Part shown: in pieces, positions 13,645 to 24,700 of the stretch
Layout of the letters: every line of letters begins with the position of its first letter
Position numbering within the stretch: the first letter of the stretch is position 1
Assembly: GCF_006345805.1 (NCBI RefSeq)
Contig: NC_043006.1
Location: 65,844,001-65,908,000, forward strand
Direction of reading: 5' to 3'
Length of the DNA stretch: 64,000 nt
DNA from: Octopus sinensis
Taxonomy: Eukaryota
The notes under the pieces: model-generated
Databases searched by the model: none
What the model saw: only the letters and a program-made list of their open reading frames with translations
Told to the model about the DNA's origin: nothing
Translations under genes and position numbers: made by a program

Positions 13645-13778
13645 AATCTAATGCCACAAGTGGTAATTCCAATCTCCATGATATGAAACTTATCAATCTT
13701 GATTATGTGAAAGATGTCATTGTGTTAGCAGATGCTAAAGAACAGCCTCCACAGCTGATGCCTCTCAACCTAGCAAAG
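13645..13778 (+). CDS. LSM12: LSM12 homolog, internal coding exon (Lsm-domain C-terminal half)
   Basis: After ...ctctcag, reads (phase 1) (K)SNATSGNSNLHDMKLINLDYVKDVIVLADAKEQPPQLMPLNLAK and ends AAG|gtaagc. Aligns by eye to vertebrate LSM12 [45 protein letters not shown]. 134 nt. Confidence 0.93.
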
Positions 13779-14442
13779 GTAAGCTAGCAGCATTTATTTC
13801 TTCTTTCTGATATTCTGTTGTATACCTTTTGAATTGTTTAGCTCTAAATCTACACTAATCAAGCAGAGGTGTTCATGCCATCCCATCATCATCACCATGT
13901 CCATTCTCCATGCTGGCATAGGGTGGACGGTTTTACAGAAGCTGGCAAGCCAAAGAACTGCACCAGGCTCTAATTGTCTGGTATCTACAGCTGGATTTCT
14001 TAGGCATGCTGATAAATGTCAATCTCCTGCCAGGATTTCTTACATATGTACAAGGCCACATATTTGGAAGGAGAGTCTGATCAATTATATTGATCCTGTT
14101 ATATCAGTGGTACTTTATTTTATTGATCCCCATCATAATCATTTAATGCCCGTTTTCCTTGCTGGAAAAAATTATCCAGGTGTCAAATACTTGGTTTATA
14201 TACATGACTATTTCCTCTTGAATCTACATTAGAAATTCTTAAGGCAGAATCATTGGTACATTGAATGCTTGCTGCATTTCTTCCAGCTTAACGTTCAGAT
14301 TCTGCTGAAGTCAGCTTTGTCTTTCATTCTTTTGGTGGGGTCGATAAAATAATTATAATAGTAGTTGAGCACTGGGGCTTGATGTTTTCAACTATAGGCT
14401 TTGTGCCTATAGTAGAAATAATAATAATTATTATTAATAATT

Positions 14443-14789
14443 ACGAGCACTCAGAGAGTGCAAACCTCTGCTAAGACAACACTGATGTTCTCTCAATGAT
14501 TAGTGAGAGATGATTTTTTTTAAATGAGAATATCTGAAATAAACTTGACTGCTCTCACAAACGAGAAGACTAAAAATGAACCCGACTGCTCTCAAAAATT
14601 AAGTGAAAAAAAAACGGAAAATAATCCAGAATCCCAAAATCTAATCAGTTCATGCCAGTCATGAGGCCAAATATCCCTGAAATTTTCATCTGGATCCATC
14701 CAGCAGTTCTTGAGATATCTTGTCCCTGGACAAACAAACAAACATGACTGGAAACAAAACCTCTGCCTTCACTAAGGTGGAGGTAATAA
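14443..14789 (-). mobile_element. Helentron-associated (HINE/DINE-like) non-autonomous element, copy 1
   Basis: The reverse complement begins ttattacctccaccttagtgaaggcagagg, has a GTTT microsatellite and gaactgctggatggat, and ends ...cactctctgagtgct. Homologous to 20334-20694. Confidence 0.6.
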
Positions 14790-15654
14790 GGCGTGTTAGT
14801 GGAATCATTAGCATGCTGGCCAAGATGCTTAGCATTTCATCCTGTATTCATGTTCTTAGTTCAAATTCCACCAAAGTCAACCTTGCTTTTCATCCTTTCG
14901 GGGTTGATGAATTAAGTACCAGCTGTGTACTGGGATCAATGTAATTGCCTACTTCCTTTCTCTAAAATTTCTGTTCCTTGTACCTATAATAGAAAGGATT
15001 ATTATTTGTAGTAGTAGAAGGGATTGTGGTGAAAAACATTTCTCTTTCTGGATTCAGCAAAATACTAATCAAATATCATCAATCAAATTGACTATCCCCT
15101 CCCGAAACATTTTTGTCCATTAGGGTAATGGATTGGCCAACTCAGCATGCAAGTTGGTTCTTTACATTCTAAGTTCAAATGTGGGCAAGGCCAACATTGC
15201 CCTTCATCCTTCCTAAATTGATAAAATAAAGCACTTGTAGTGCGATTAATTTAATCAACTGACCCCTCTCCTCTCTTCTTTAATTTCTGACCTTGTACCT
15301 GTCATTTAGTAGTACTTTAATCCCTGTGTTTTGAGTCCAAATTCTGCCAGGATCAAGTGGGGAGTCCTTTCAGGAACATTGAAACCCAGATTTATATGTT
15401 TCTATCAGCATGTGACTCAGTGATGTCAGTAAGATGGTCTTTTACTTCCTATTTCATGTGTGTTTGTTTGTGTGCCAAGTTATCTAAAATATCTTTTTAA
15501 GTTGTAGAAAGAATTTGGTACATTCTTTAATCTTTGGATCACAGTTGAAGACATTCTAATGCTTTTAGGAGGCTGGGCTCAGATTACTGCATGCCATAGA
15601 TGGTATGCAGTAATCATATCTTCTATCCCTTTCTTTTTGTTCCAATTCACCAGC

Positions 15655-16295
15655 ATCATCGTTTAACATCCATTTTCCATGCTGGCATGGGTTGGATGGT
15701 TTAAGAGAAGCTGGCAAGCCAAAGAGCTGCACCAGGTCTCAGTTGTCAGTTTTTGGCATGGTTTCTACAGCTGGATGCCCTTCCTAGCTCTAATCACTTT
15801 ACAGAGGCTACATGAATAAATAAGCCTTACATTTGACTGAGTAATCATTGTCGTTTAACGTCTGTTTTCCATGCTGGCATGGGTTGGATGGTTTGACTGA
15901 AGGCTGCACCATGCTCCACTCTGATCTGGCAAAGTTTCTACAGCTGGATGCCTTTTCTAACGCCAACCACTCAGAGGGTGTATTGGGTACTTTTTACGTG
16001 CCACTGGCATGAGGGCCAGTCAGGCGGCACTGGCAACAACCATGCCCAAATGGTGCTTTTTATGGGCCACCAGCTTGGGACCAGTCAGGTGGCACTGGCA
16101 TTGACTATGCTAAAATAGTGCATTTTATGTGCCACCGGCACGGGTGCCAATTAGGTGGTACTGTCATTGGCCATGACAACGATTTCACTTGCCTCAACTG
16201 ATCTTCACAAGCACGGTTTATTGCCCAATGACTGAAGGGTACTCTTAAATGGGCAAGTTATGCTGCACTGGCATGGGCCACAGTTATGGTCTCAC
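15655..16295 (-). mobile_element. SINE family A with (gat)n RTE-like tail, representative copies
   Basis: catcatcatcgtttaac...ccatgctggcatgggttgg...tttctacagctggatgccc with internal tandem gcactggc/gtgccacc subrepeats. Also at 540-1095, 4590-4940, 23150-23580, 27600-27965, 40470-40805, 52465-52810 and 58990-59407. Confidence 0.8.
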
Positions 16296-17132
16296 AATCT
16301 GAATGCTAAAGGGTTAGCTTGAATCTGATAGAATTTAATGTGATCAGAATTTTGTTGTGACTCTTTCTTCAATTATCATTTTAATGAAAAGTCATTTTTC
16401 ATGTTTCACAGTTTTTTTTTTTTTTTTTTTGCCAGTACAGAAACTTTTCATGTGGCCATCATACTTGCTTTTATATAATTATAAATCTCAAATCTGTAAT
16501 ATTTTTATCATTAGTTAGTGCCCAAAATCCCCTTCAGTCATGCTGCAGCCCTAAACCATCACAGCCAAACCTGTTATGCCTGGGTCATCGAGTAGGAAGG
16601 TCATCACTGTTATTGGATTCGATGTAATCAACACATCCCCTCTCCCAAAATGGTTGCCCTTGTAGATCCCAAAATTTGAAACCATTATTATTATTAGTTG
16701 TAGTATTGAGAAAGCAGCATATGCAAAGTGACACTGGGGTACATATATACAAAACCCAATATACCCATCATGACTACCCATCTGATAATGGTACACCAGG
16801 CACATGCATTACAACTGTATGTGTGTGTGACGTGGTGACCCTATATCAAGATAAATAGTGCATGACCTTTCAGGTGGGGCTCAGAATTTCTTTAAGTCGA
16901 GTAGCCCATCCCACTCAAAAGGTCCCAGAATAAGGGCTGTTTGAGGATGCTGAAGGACACTACCAAGTTTCCAGGGTGAGTTATTCAAACTTCAAAGAAT
17001 TCCTCTCAATACATGACTGATTCTCCCCCACCACTCCTGCTTGTGATCAGAGATGCATGTATTGTCAGCCACTAAGGGACATGCTTATCTCGTTAAGGTC
17101 AAGCAAATGTCAAGCAAATCTGCAGTATTGAG

Positions 17133-18013
17133 CAGTGAGCTGGCAAAACTGTTAGGACACTGGGAAAAATGCTAAATGGTATGTCATCTGTCTTTCCTTT
17201 TTGAGTTCAAATACTATTCAAGTTGACTTTGCCATTCATCCTCTGGGATTGATAAAATAAGTGTCAATGAGGCACTGTGGTCGATATAGTCAACTAGCCC
17301 TGCTACCCCAAAATTTCAGGCCTTGTGCCCATTGTAGAAAGGGTTATTATTAACCAGTGGTAAGGTGGTGAGCTGGCAGAATCGTTAGTGTGCTGGACAA
17401 AATGCTTAGCGGTATTTTGCCTGTTGCTATGTTCTGAGTTCAAATTCCACCAAGGTCGACTTTACATTTCATCCTTTTGGGATCAATAAATTAAGTACCA
17501 GTTGTGTTCTGGGGTTGATATAATCGATTATCTCTCTCCTTCAAATTTCAGGCCTTCTGTCTATAATAGAATTATTATTATTATTAAGGCAGTGAGCTGG
17601 CAGAGTCGTTAGTGTGCTGGACGAAATGCTTAGTGGTTGCTGTGTTCTGAGTTCAAATTCCGCCAAGGTCGACTTTACCTTTCATCCTTTCGAAGTCGAT
17701 AAATTAAATACCATTTGAGTACCGGGGTCAATCTAATCAACTATCCCTCTCCCCAAATTTCAGGCTTTGTGCCTATAATAAAAAGGATTATTATTATTAG
17801 GGTGGCGAGCTGCCAGAATTGTTAGCACTCAGGACGAAATGCTTAGCGGTATTTCATCCATCTCTGTTTTGGGTTAAAATTTTACCAGCATCAACTTTAC
17901 CTTTCATCCTTTCGGGGTCAATAAATTAAGTACCAGTCGAGTACTGGGGTAGATATAATCTACTATCCCTCACTCTTCAAATTTTTAGGCCTTGTGCCCA
18001 TAATAGAGAGGAT
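17133..18013 (+). repeat. Head-to-tail array of four family-B SINEs
   Basis: Copies at about 17133, 17362, 17587 and 17801, each separated by an (att)n tail and each differently diverged. Confidence 0.85.
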
Positions 18014-18307
18014 TATTAACCAGTGATGACATTGTTGTGTTATGTTGTACTTAGAGTAAAACTGTGGACATACACTCCTTTGTATTCAAAAGCTTTATTC
18101 AACTGAATAATCAGTTGGTAAAACACATGTGATGCTATCAATATTGTCATAGCAATGATATCATGAAGTGACCACATAAGATAATGGTGGTCTTTGTAAC
18201 AACTCTTCTATTGGGCCTTGAATGATATTAACATATTTTAAATATTTTATAAATAAATATATCATGGAGACGTGTGTTTTAATGTTAAATATATTCTTTC
18301 ATTTCAG

Positions 18308-18417
18308 CTGACCAGCCGAATAAGACAGAATGTGGACAGCAAGAAAGAGAGGGTCAATCACGTTGGTGTTGGTGTTTCAGCCGAAGGACAGGCAGTTTTT
18401 GATGCAATTATCAAAAC
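18308..18417 (+). CDS. LSM12: LSM12 homolog, internal coding exon (anticodon-binding/AD domain start)
   Basis: atttcag|CTG...; LTSRIRQNVDSKKERVNHVGVGVSAEGQAVFDAIIK+AC|gttggt. Matches LSM12 LASKAR...AGVSLEGQQLFQTIHKT. 110 nt, phase 0 in, phase 2 out. Confidence 0.93.
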
Positions 18418-19524
18418 GTTGGTTTTTTTGTTTGTTTGTTTGTTATCCTTTGTTTTTGTTTTACTTTATTATTATTATTAAGGTTGGAAAATTAAGGCGA
18501 TGATCTGGCAGAATCATTAGCATGCTGGGTGAAATACTTAGCAGTATTTCGTCTGTCACAGTGTTCTGAGTTCAGAGTCTGCCGAGGCTGACTTTGCCTT
18601 TCATCCTTTCGGGGGTTGATAAGTTTCAGGCCTTGTGCCTATAGTAGAAACGATTGTTAAGGTTGGAAAAAATGCTTTTCAGGATTTCTTCCAATTTTAC
18701 ATTCTGAGTTCAAATGCTGCAAGAGTTTATTTTGTCTTTCATCCTTTTGGGTCAATGAAATGTTGGTGTAATCGACTTATCTCTTATCTGAAATTACTGG
18801 CCTTGTACCAAAATGTGAAACCAATATTATTATTGAGTCAGAGAGCAGCACACAGTCAAGGTGATGCTGGGATATAAATATACAAAGCCCAATATACCCA
18901 TATGACTACCCATCTGATAAGGGTACCCTAAGCACATACATCACAACCATATGTACCTGACTTGGTAACCTCTTTTCATTAGATGCTAGTATCGCTTCCC
19001 AACCACACTGTTTTTGGTTCAGTCCCACTACATAGCACCTTGGGCAAGTGTTTTCTATTATAGCCCTGGACTGACCAAAGCCTCGAGAATTGATTTTGTA
19101 GATGGAAGGTGCCCGTTGTGTGTATGTATGTCTGTCTGTCTTTGGCATTAGGAAGGGCATCCAACTGTAGAAACCATGCCACAACAGACAATGGAACTTA
19201 GTGCAGCTCTCAGCTTTGCCAGCTTCTATCAAACTGTCCAACCCATGGAAGACAGGCATTGAATGATGATGTGTGTGTGTCTGTGTTTTAGACAACAAAC
19301 TGGCAGAACCATTAGCATACTGGACAAAATGCTTTGTGGCATTTTCTCTGTCCTTATGTTCTGAATTGAGATTCTGTCAGGGTTGACTTGCCTTTCATCC
19401 TTTTAGGCCAGATAAAATTACTAACTGAGCAGTGGAAGGGGTTGATGTAATTGACAAGACCCTCCCTCAAATTTCAGGCCTTGTGCCTATAATAGAAAGG
19501 ATTATTATTATTATTAATAATCCA

Positions 19525-19606
19525 GATATTGTGGCTGAATGGTTAAGGCAGAGGACTTGAAATCCATTGGAGTCTCCCTGCATAGATTTGAATCATATTG
19601 ATGATG
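19525..19606 (+). pseudogene. tRNA-Ser(TGA) pseudogene
   Basis: gatattgtggctgaatggttaaggcagaggacttgaaatccattggagtctccctgcatagatttgaatcatattgatgatg. 82-nt serine-type layout with a long variable arm and anticodon TGA. The acceptor and T stems are broken, and the T-loop has changed TTCGAAT to TTTGAAT. Confidence 0.85.
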
Positions 19607-19621
19607 ACTCTGGACAAAATA

Positions 19622-20173
19622 TTGGGTTGTCCGGAAAGTTTGTGCCGATTTTTAAAGGAAAGAAAAGGGTCAATAAATAATTGCCATTACATTTTTAATC
19701 AACCAAATATGAACCATTTTGTTGCACAATGCGTCTCCATCTTTCCTTTAACTTGAAAATACCCTCTTCCCAGAATTGAAGTGGTTTCATAGCAAAGAAT
19801 TCATCAAGGTATCTTTTTACGTCATCCAAGGAATTGAAATTCTTACCATTAAGACTATACTGCAGAGACCTGAATAAGTGGAAATCCGAAGGCACAATAT
19901 CTGGTGAATATACATCTCAGCTGAGCTGCATCAATTTTTGTCTGGTTCCCAAAGCATCAAGTGCTGAAAATGGACTTTCTTATCTTCCATTTTAAAGGGT
20001 TACAGAATTAACACAGTTTATAGGAACATAAACCTTCTTCCATAAAAAAGATAGCTTAAACTGTGCTCTAAATGAAGGTGTAGTCAAATCCTATTTTATG
20101 GACTCGACCATATTCTAAAATAAGTCGGAAGGTAAGCTACTGTAAATCGGCATGAACTTTCTGGACAACCCAA
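19622..20173 (-). mobile_element. Internally deleted non-autonomous mariner
   Basis: TA flanks; TIRs ttgggttgtccggaaagtttgtgccgattt and aaatcggcatgaactttctggacaacccaa. The minus strand has an MEDKKVHFQHLMLWE start joined to YSPDIVPSDFHLFRSLQYSL...GSYLVD*. 552 bp. Confidence 0.92.
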
Positions 20174-20333
20174 TACTTATAGGCATTTTGTCTGTCCATG
20201 TTCTGACTTCAAATTTCACCCTGGCCATCTATATGGAATCGATAAAACAAGTACCAGTTGTGCACTGGGGTTGATGTGATAGACGAGACTCTTACCCCAA
20301 AATTGTGGGCTTTATACCTATACTAGAAATAGT

Positions 20334-20694
20334 TGTTACCGCTGCCTTAGCTAAGGTGGAGGAATTGTTTTCATTTGTGTTTGTTTGTGGACAAGATTTC
20401 TCGAGAACTGCTGGATGGATTTGAATGAAACTTTCAGGGATGTTTAGCCTCATGACTAGCATGAACGGATTTGATCTGGTACCGGACAAGGATTCTGGAT
20501 TATTTTTCCTTTTTTTTTTTTTTTTTTTTTTTTTACGTAATTTTTGAGAGTGGTTGGGTTCATTTTTAGTATTCTTGTTTGTGAGAGCATTTGGATTTAT
20601 TTCAGATATACTCATTTTAAAAATCATCTTTAGCTAATTGTTGAGAGGACATTGGTGTTGCCTTGGCAGAGATTTATGCTCTCTGAGTGCTCTT
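20334..20694 (+). mobile_element. Helentron-associated (HINE/DINE-like) non-autonomous element, copy 2
   Basis: ttaccgctgccttagctaaggtggagg...gtttgtttgtggacaagatttctcgagaactgctggatggat...ggcagagatttatgctctctgagtgct. Inverted relative to copy 1. Confidence 0.6.
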
Positions 20695-21641
20695 GTTATT
20701 TATTGTAAAAAGGTGGCTGACTTAAAGAATCATTAGCACATCAAACAAAATACTTAGCAGTAATTTCTTCAGGCTCTTTACTTTCTCAGTTTAAATTTCA
20801 CAAGGGTTGACTTTTTATTTTTTTATCCTTTCAGGGTCAGGTGCAAGGATTGATGTAATCGACCCCCTCCCACTTCAAAATTGCTGGCCCTGTGCCGAGA
20901 TTATGAATGGATGAGGAATTGGCAGAATTGTTAGAGTATCTGCAAAACAAAAAATGCCTTTTTTGAGTTCTGAGATCAAATCCCAAAAGTTGATAGACTA
21001 TTAATGAAATTGGGAAGCAAATTCCTTACCACACATCCATGTTTGCACCTGTAATAATATCCCATCAGAATCAACTTTACCTTTCATCTCTCCTGGGTTT
21101 ACAGAATAACTTACATCAGGTACTTGCTGGGGTTAATGTAATCAATTGACCACATCTGCTCCACAAACTTTAGCTCCTGGGCCTCAACATGCAATATAAC
21201 TATCACTTACAAACAAGTATAATTTGGTTGCATGTACCATGCATTTTCCAGATTGGTTTTAGGTGCCTCTTAAGTCATGAACAGACACAAACACCCTCTC
21301 AGCTCTTCTGATCTTAACCTAGCAGAGCATGAAGTGTAAATGAGGTGATTTATACAATCCGAATCCACGAATTTCGTGGAAGGGAACAGTTGATTAAAAA
21401 TCTAATCCCTAATATTTAACTGGTATTTATTTCATTGCTGCCAGAAGGATTAAAGGCCAAGTCAAACCTGGTAGAATTTTAATTCTGAAAGTAATTCAAT
21501 ATAACTAAGAGTACAAAAACATTTTGTTTGATACCCTATCGATCCACTACCCTCATTAATATAAACTTGTATTAGTCTAGTTAATTGTTTTTTGTTTTTA
21601 CCATGTTTTTAAAAAAAATGTTTCATCTTGTTCTATTTCAG

Positions 21642-21771
21642 CATTGCAGAAACTAAATGGAAAGGAAAGAATATAATTGTAATGGAAACAGTAGAAATAA
21701 CACCTCCATATGGGATGGAGAACTGCCATGGACCCGATGGGAATCAAATCCTCAATCATGTAAAAAAGATA
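21642..21771 (+). CDS. LSM12: LSM12 homolog, internal coding exon
   Basis: ctatttcag|C ATT GCA...; (T)IAETKWKGKNIIVMETVEITPPYGMENCHGPDGNQILNHVKKI|gtaagt. Matches LSM12 [39 protein letters not shown]. The frame joins the previous exon. Confidence 0.95.
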
Positions 21772-24700
21772 GTAAGTCACTCTCTCTCTCTTGCCCCATA
21801 CATATATTAATGACTTATGTAGAGAAACACAACATACACACTCACATGTATAAGGTCAGGAGCATGAAAAAATATCATTCAGATATTCTTTTCTACTCTA
21901 GCACAAGGCCCAAAAATTTTGGGGAGGGGGCCAGTCAATTAGATCAACCCCCAGTATACAATTGGTATTTAATTTATTGACTCTGAAAGGATTAAAGGCA
22001 AAGTCGGCCTCAGTGGAATTTGAACTCAGAATGTAAAGACAGATGAAATATCGCTAAGCATTTCGCCAAGCATGCTAACATTTCTGCCTTAATATCATTC
22101 AGATATTGATAAACTATAACAGCATATATATTCAAATGGTTACCACATACCAGGAGAATTCCATTAAATCCCACATAGCAATATACGTCTTCACTTGTGA
22201 ACATTTCATATAACACCATAACATTGCCATCATTATCATCATTTCAGTTCAGTTCTCCATACTTGCATAAGCTGGAATGGAGTTTATTGAGGCAGATTTT
22301 CTATGGCCAGATGCCCTCCCTATTGCTTACCTTTACCTATTTCCAAGCAAAGTGATATTTCCCTGGAAATGTTTTTGCAGAATATTGGAAATGAATGACA
22401 GCGGTACTCATTTACAACTATGAGACAATGTCAAGACAAGGCTACACACACACACACACACACACACACGTGATGTGCTTCCACACTGTTTCATAATCAT
22501 CATTTAATGTCCGTTGTCCATGCTGGCATGGGTTGGACAGTTTGACCAGGACTGGTAAACTGGAAGGCTGCACCAAATTCATGATTTTCTATGGCTGGAT
22601 GCTCTTCCTAATGCCAACCGCTCTGAGAGTGCAATGGGTGCTTTTACGTGCCACTGGCATGGGTGCCATTTGCGCAACACTTGGATGCATTTATGTGCCA
22701 CTGACACAGGTGCCAATTTGCATGGCACTGGTATCTGCCATAACTGCGATTTTGCTTGGCTTGGTGGATCTTCTTCTCAAGCATGATATAATACCAAAGG
22801 TCTCAGTCATTTCCTCTGTGAGGCCCTACACTTGAAAGGAACTCAGCCACCATGCCTCCCTGAAGCCCAACACTCGAAACCAAATCCAATTTCAAGTCTT
22901 TGGTCAGCTTAGAGTTGTAGTTGACTCTAGCCCAGTGTGCTCTAGTAGGATTAAATCCAAAGCCATATGGTTGGGAAGCAAACATCCTGGCCACACAGGC
23001 TCACTTGCTTCTAAAGGCTAATGAGTTTCCATGTTGGGAACACTGTGGCCTATTCCTGTGCAGCATAACTGGCTCATTTAATAGTACCCCTCAATTATTG
23101 GGCAATAAACAGTGCTTGCGAAGATCTGTTGAGGCAAGTGAAGTTTTTGACATGGCCGATGACAGTACTGCCTGATTGGCACCTGTGTCAGTGGCATGTA
23201 AAAAGCACCATTTGAGTGTGGTCTCGATGCCAATGCTGCCTGACTGGTCCTGTGCTGGTGGCACTTAAAAAGCATCAGTCAAGTGTGGTCAATGCCAGTG
23301 CCAGGTGACTGGCTCTCATGCTGGTGGCATATAAAAAGTACCATAAAAACATGATCGTTGCCAGTGCTGCCTGACTGGCTCCCATGCCAGTGGAATGTAA
23401 AAAGCACCATTCAAGCGTGGCCAGTGCCAGGACCGCCTGACTGGCCCTCATGCTGGTAGCATGTAAAAATCACCCACTACACTCTTGGAGTGGTTGGCTT
23501 TAGGAAGGGCATCCAGCTGTAGGAACATTACCAGATCGAATTGGAGCATAGAAAGCAGACGTTAAATGATGATATGATGATATTCTTATGGAAGAAAACT
23601 AGAAAATTTGATAGCATGAATGAAATCGAAGAGTTCTCTATGCTTAACCCATAAAGCGCTTACATAGCACGGATTGCTGAGCATATTTTATGAAAATGAG
23701 ACTACCATTCACGCATGATAAACAAAAAATAGCTAAAATATCTTCTTAGTATATAATGGTGGCAAGTTTTACATCATCTGAAAAGTCATTAGTTGAACTA
23801 TTAGTCACCTTGCATTCTGGGGGGTATCGAAGCATTTGAGTGACATTAGACCCCAACAAACGTCCATAAATTAAATGCATCTATCTGGACCACAATCGTG
23901 GCCTGTTGAACTATGCCTGATGGCCATGACATGACCCGTCATGCTTTATGTGTTAAACATTGTATGCAGAAAGTTATATTTTGCATTTATTGCAAAATTG
24001 ATGTTTTAATAATTTTTATCTAAAAAAATTAAAATCTTTTGCATCACAATCCTCACCATAACACTTTAGCATTTAAACCAATCATATCTGGACTACCAGC
24101 ACGGGGACCAGTCCGGAGGTACCTGCATCATCCACGTTCGGATGGTGCTTTTTACGTGCCACCAGCACATCACTGAACTCTCAAAGGTAGAAGATAATGC
24201 ATGATTAATTCAAAACAATGAGATAAAATGAGCATTACTTGTGACTAGTGATGGTAATGGCTCAGTGGTTAGAGCATCGAGCTTACTGCGTGTTGTGTTC
24301 TTGAGCAAGACACTCGATTTCATGTTGCTCCAGTTCACTCAGCTGTAGAAATGAGCTGCAACGTCACTGGTGCCAGGCTGTATTGGCCTTTCCTTTGTTT
24401 AACACTGGTGACGTGGAGAGGGGAGGCCGGTATGCATGGGCGACTGCTGGTCTTTCATAAACTACCTTGCCTGGACTTGTGCCTGGGAGGGTAACTTTCT
24501 AGGTGCAATCCCATGGTCAGTCATGGCCAAAGGGGGTCTCAACTGGTGACTAAGTAATGTGAATGTTAAAGGGTTAAAATAAAGTTTAAAAAAAAAAGGA
24601 CACAATTTAACCCTCTGCTGTCTTCCACACATACTGGCTTGTCCTTTCAGGTGCTGATTCCACTTAAAAAGCACTCATGCCAGTGGCACATAAAATGCAC

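Noticed and set aside
23150-23460. Regularly spaced ~60-bp repeats resembling a CRISPR-like array
   Set aside because: Internal tandem subrepeats of SINE family A, found in every copy. There are no unique spacers and the context is eukaryotic.
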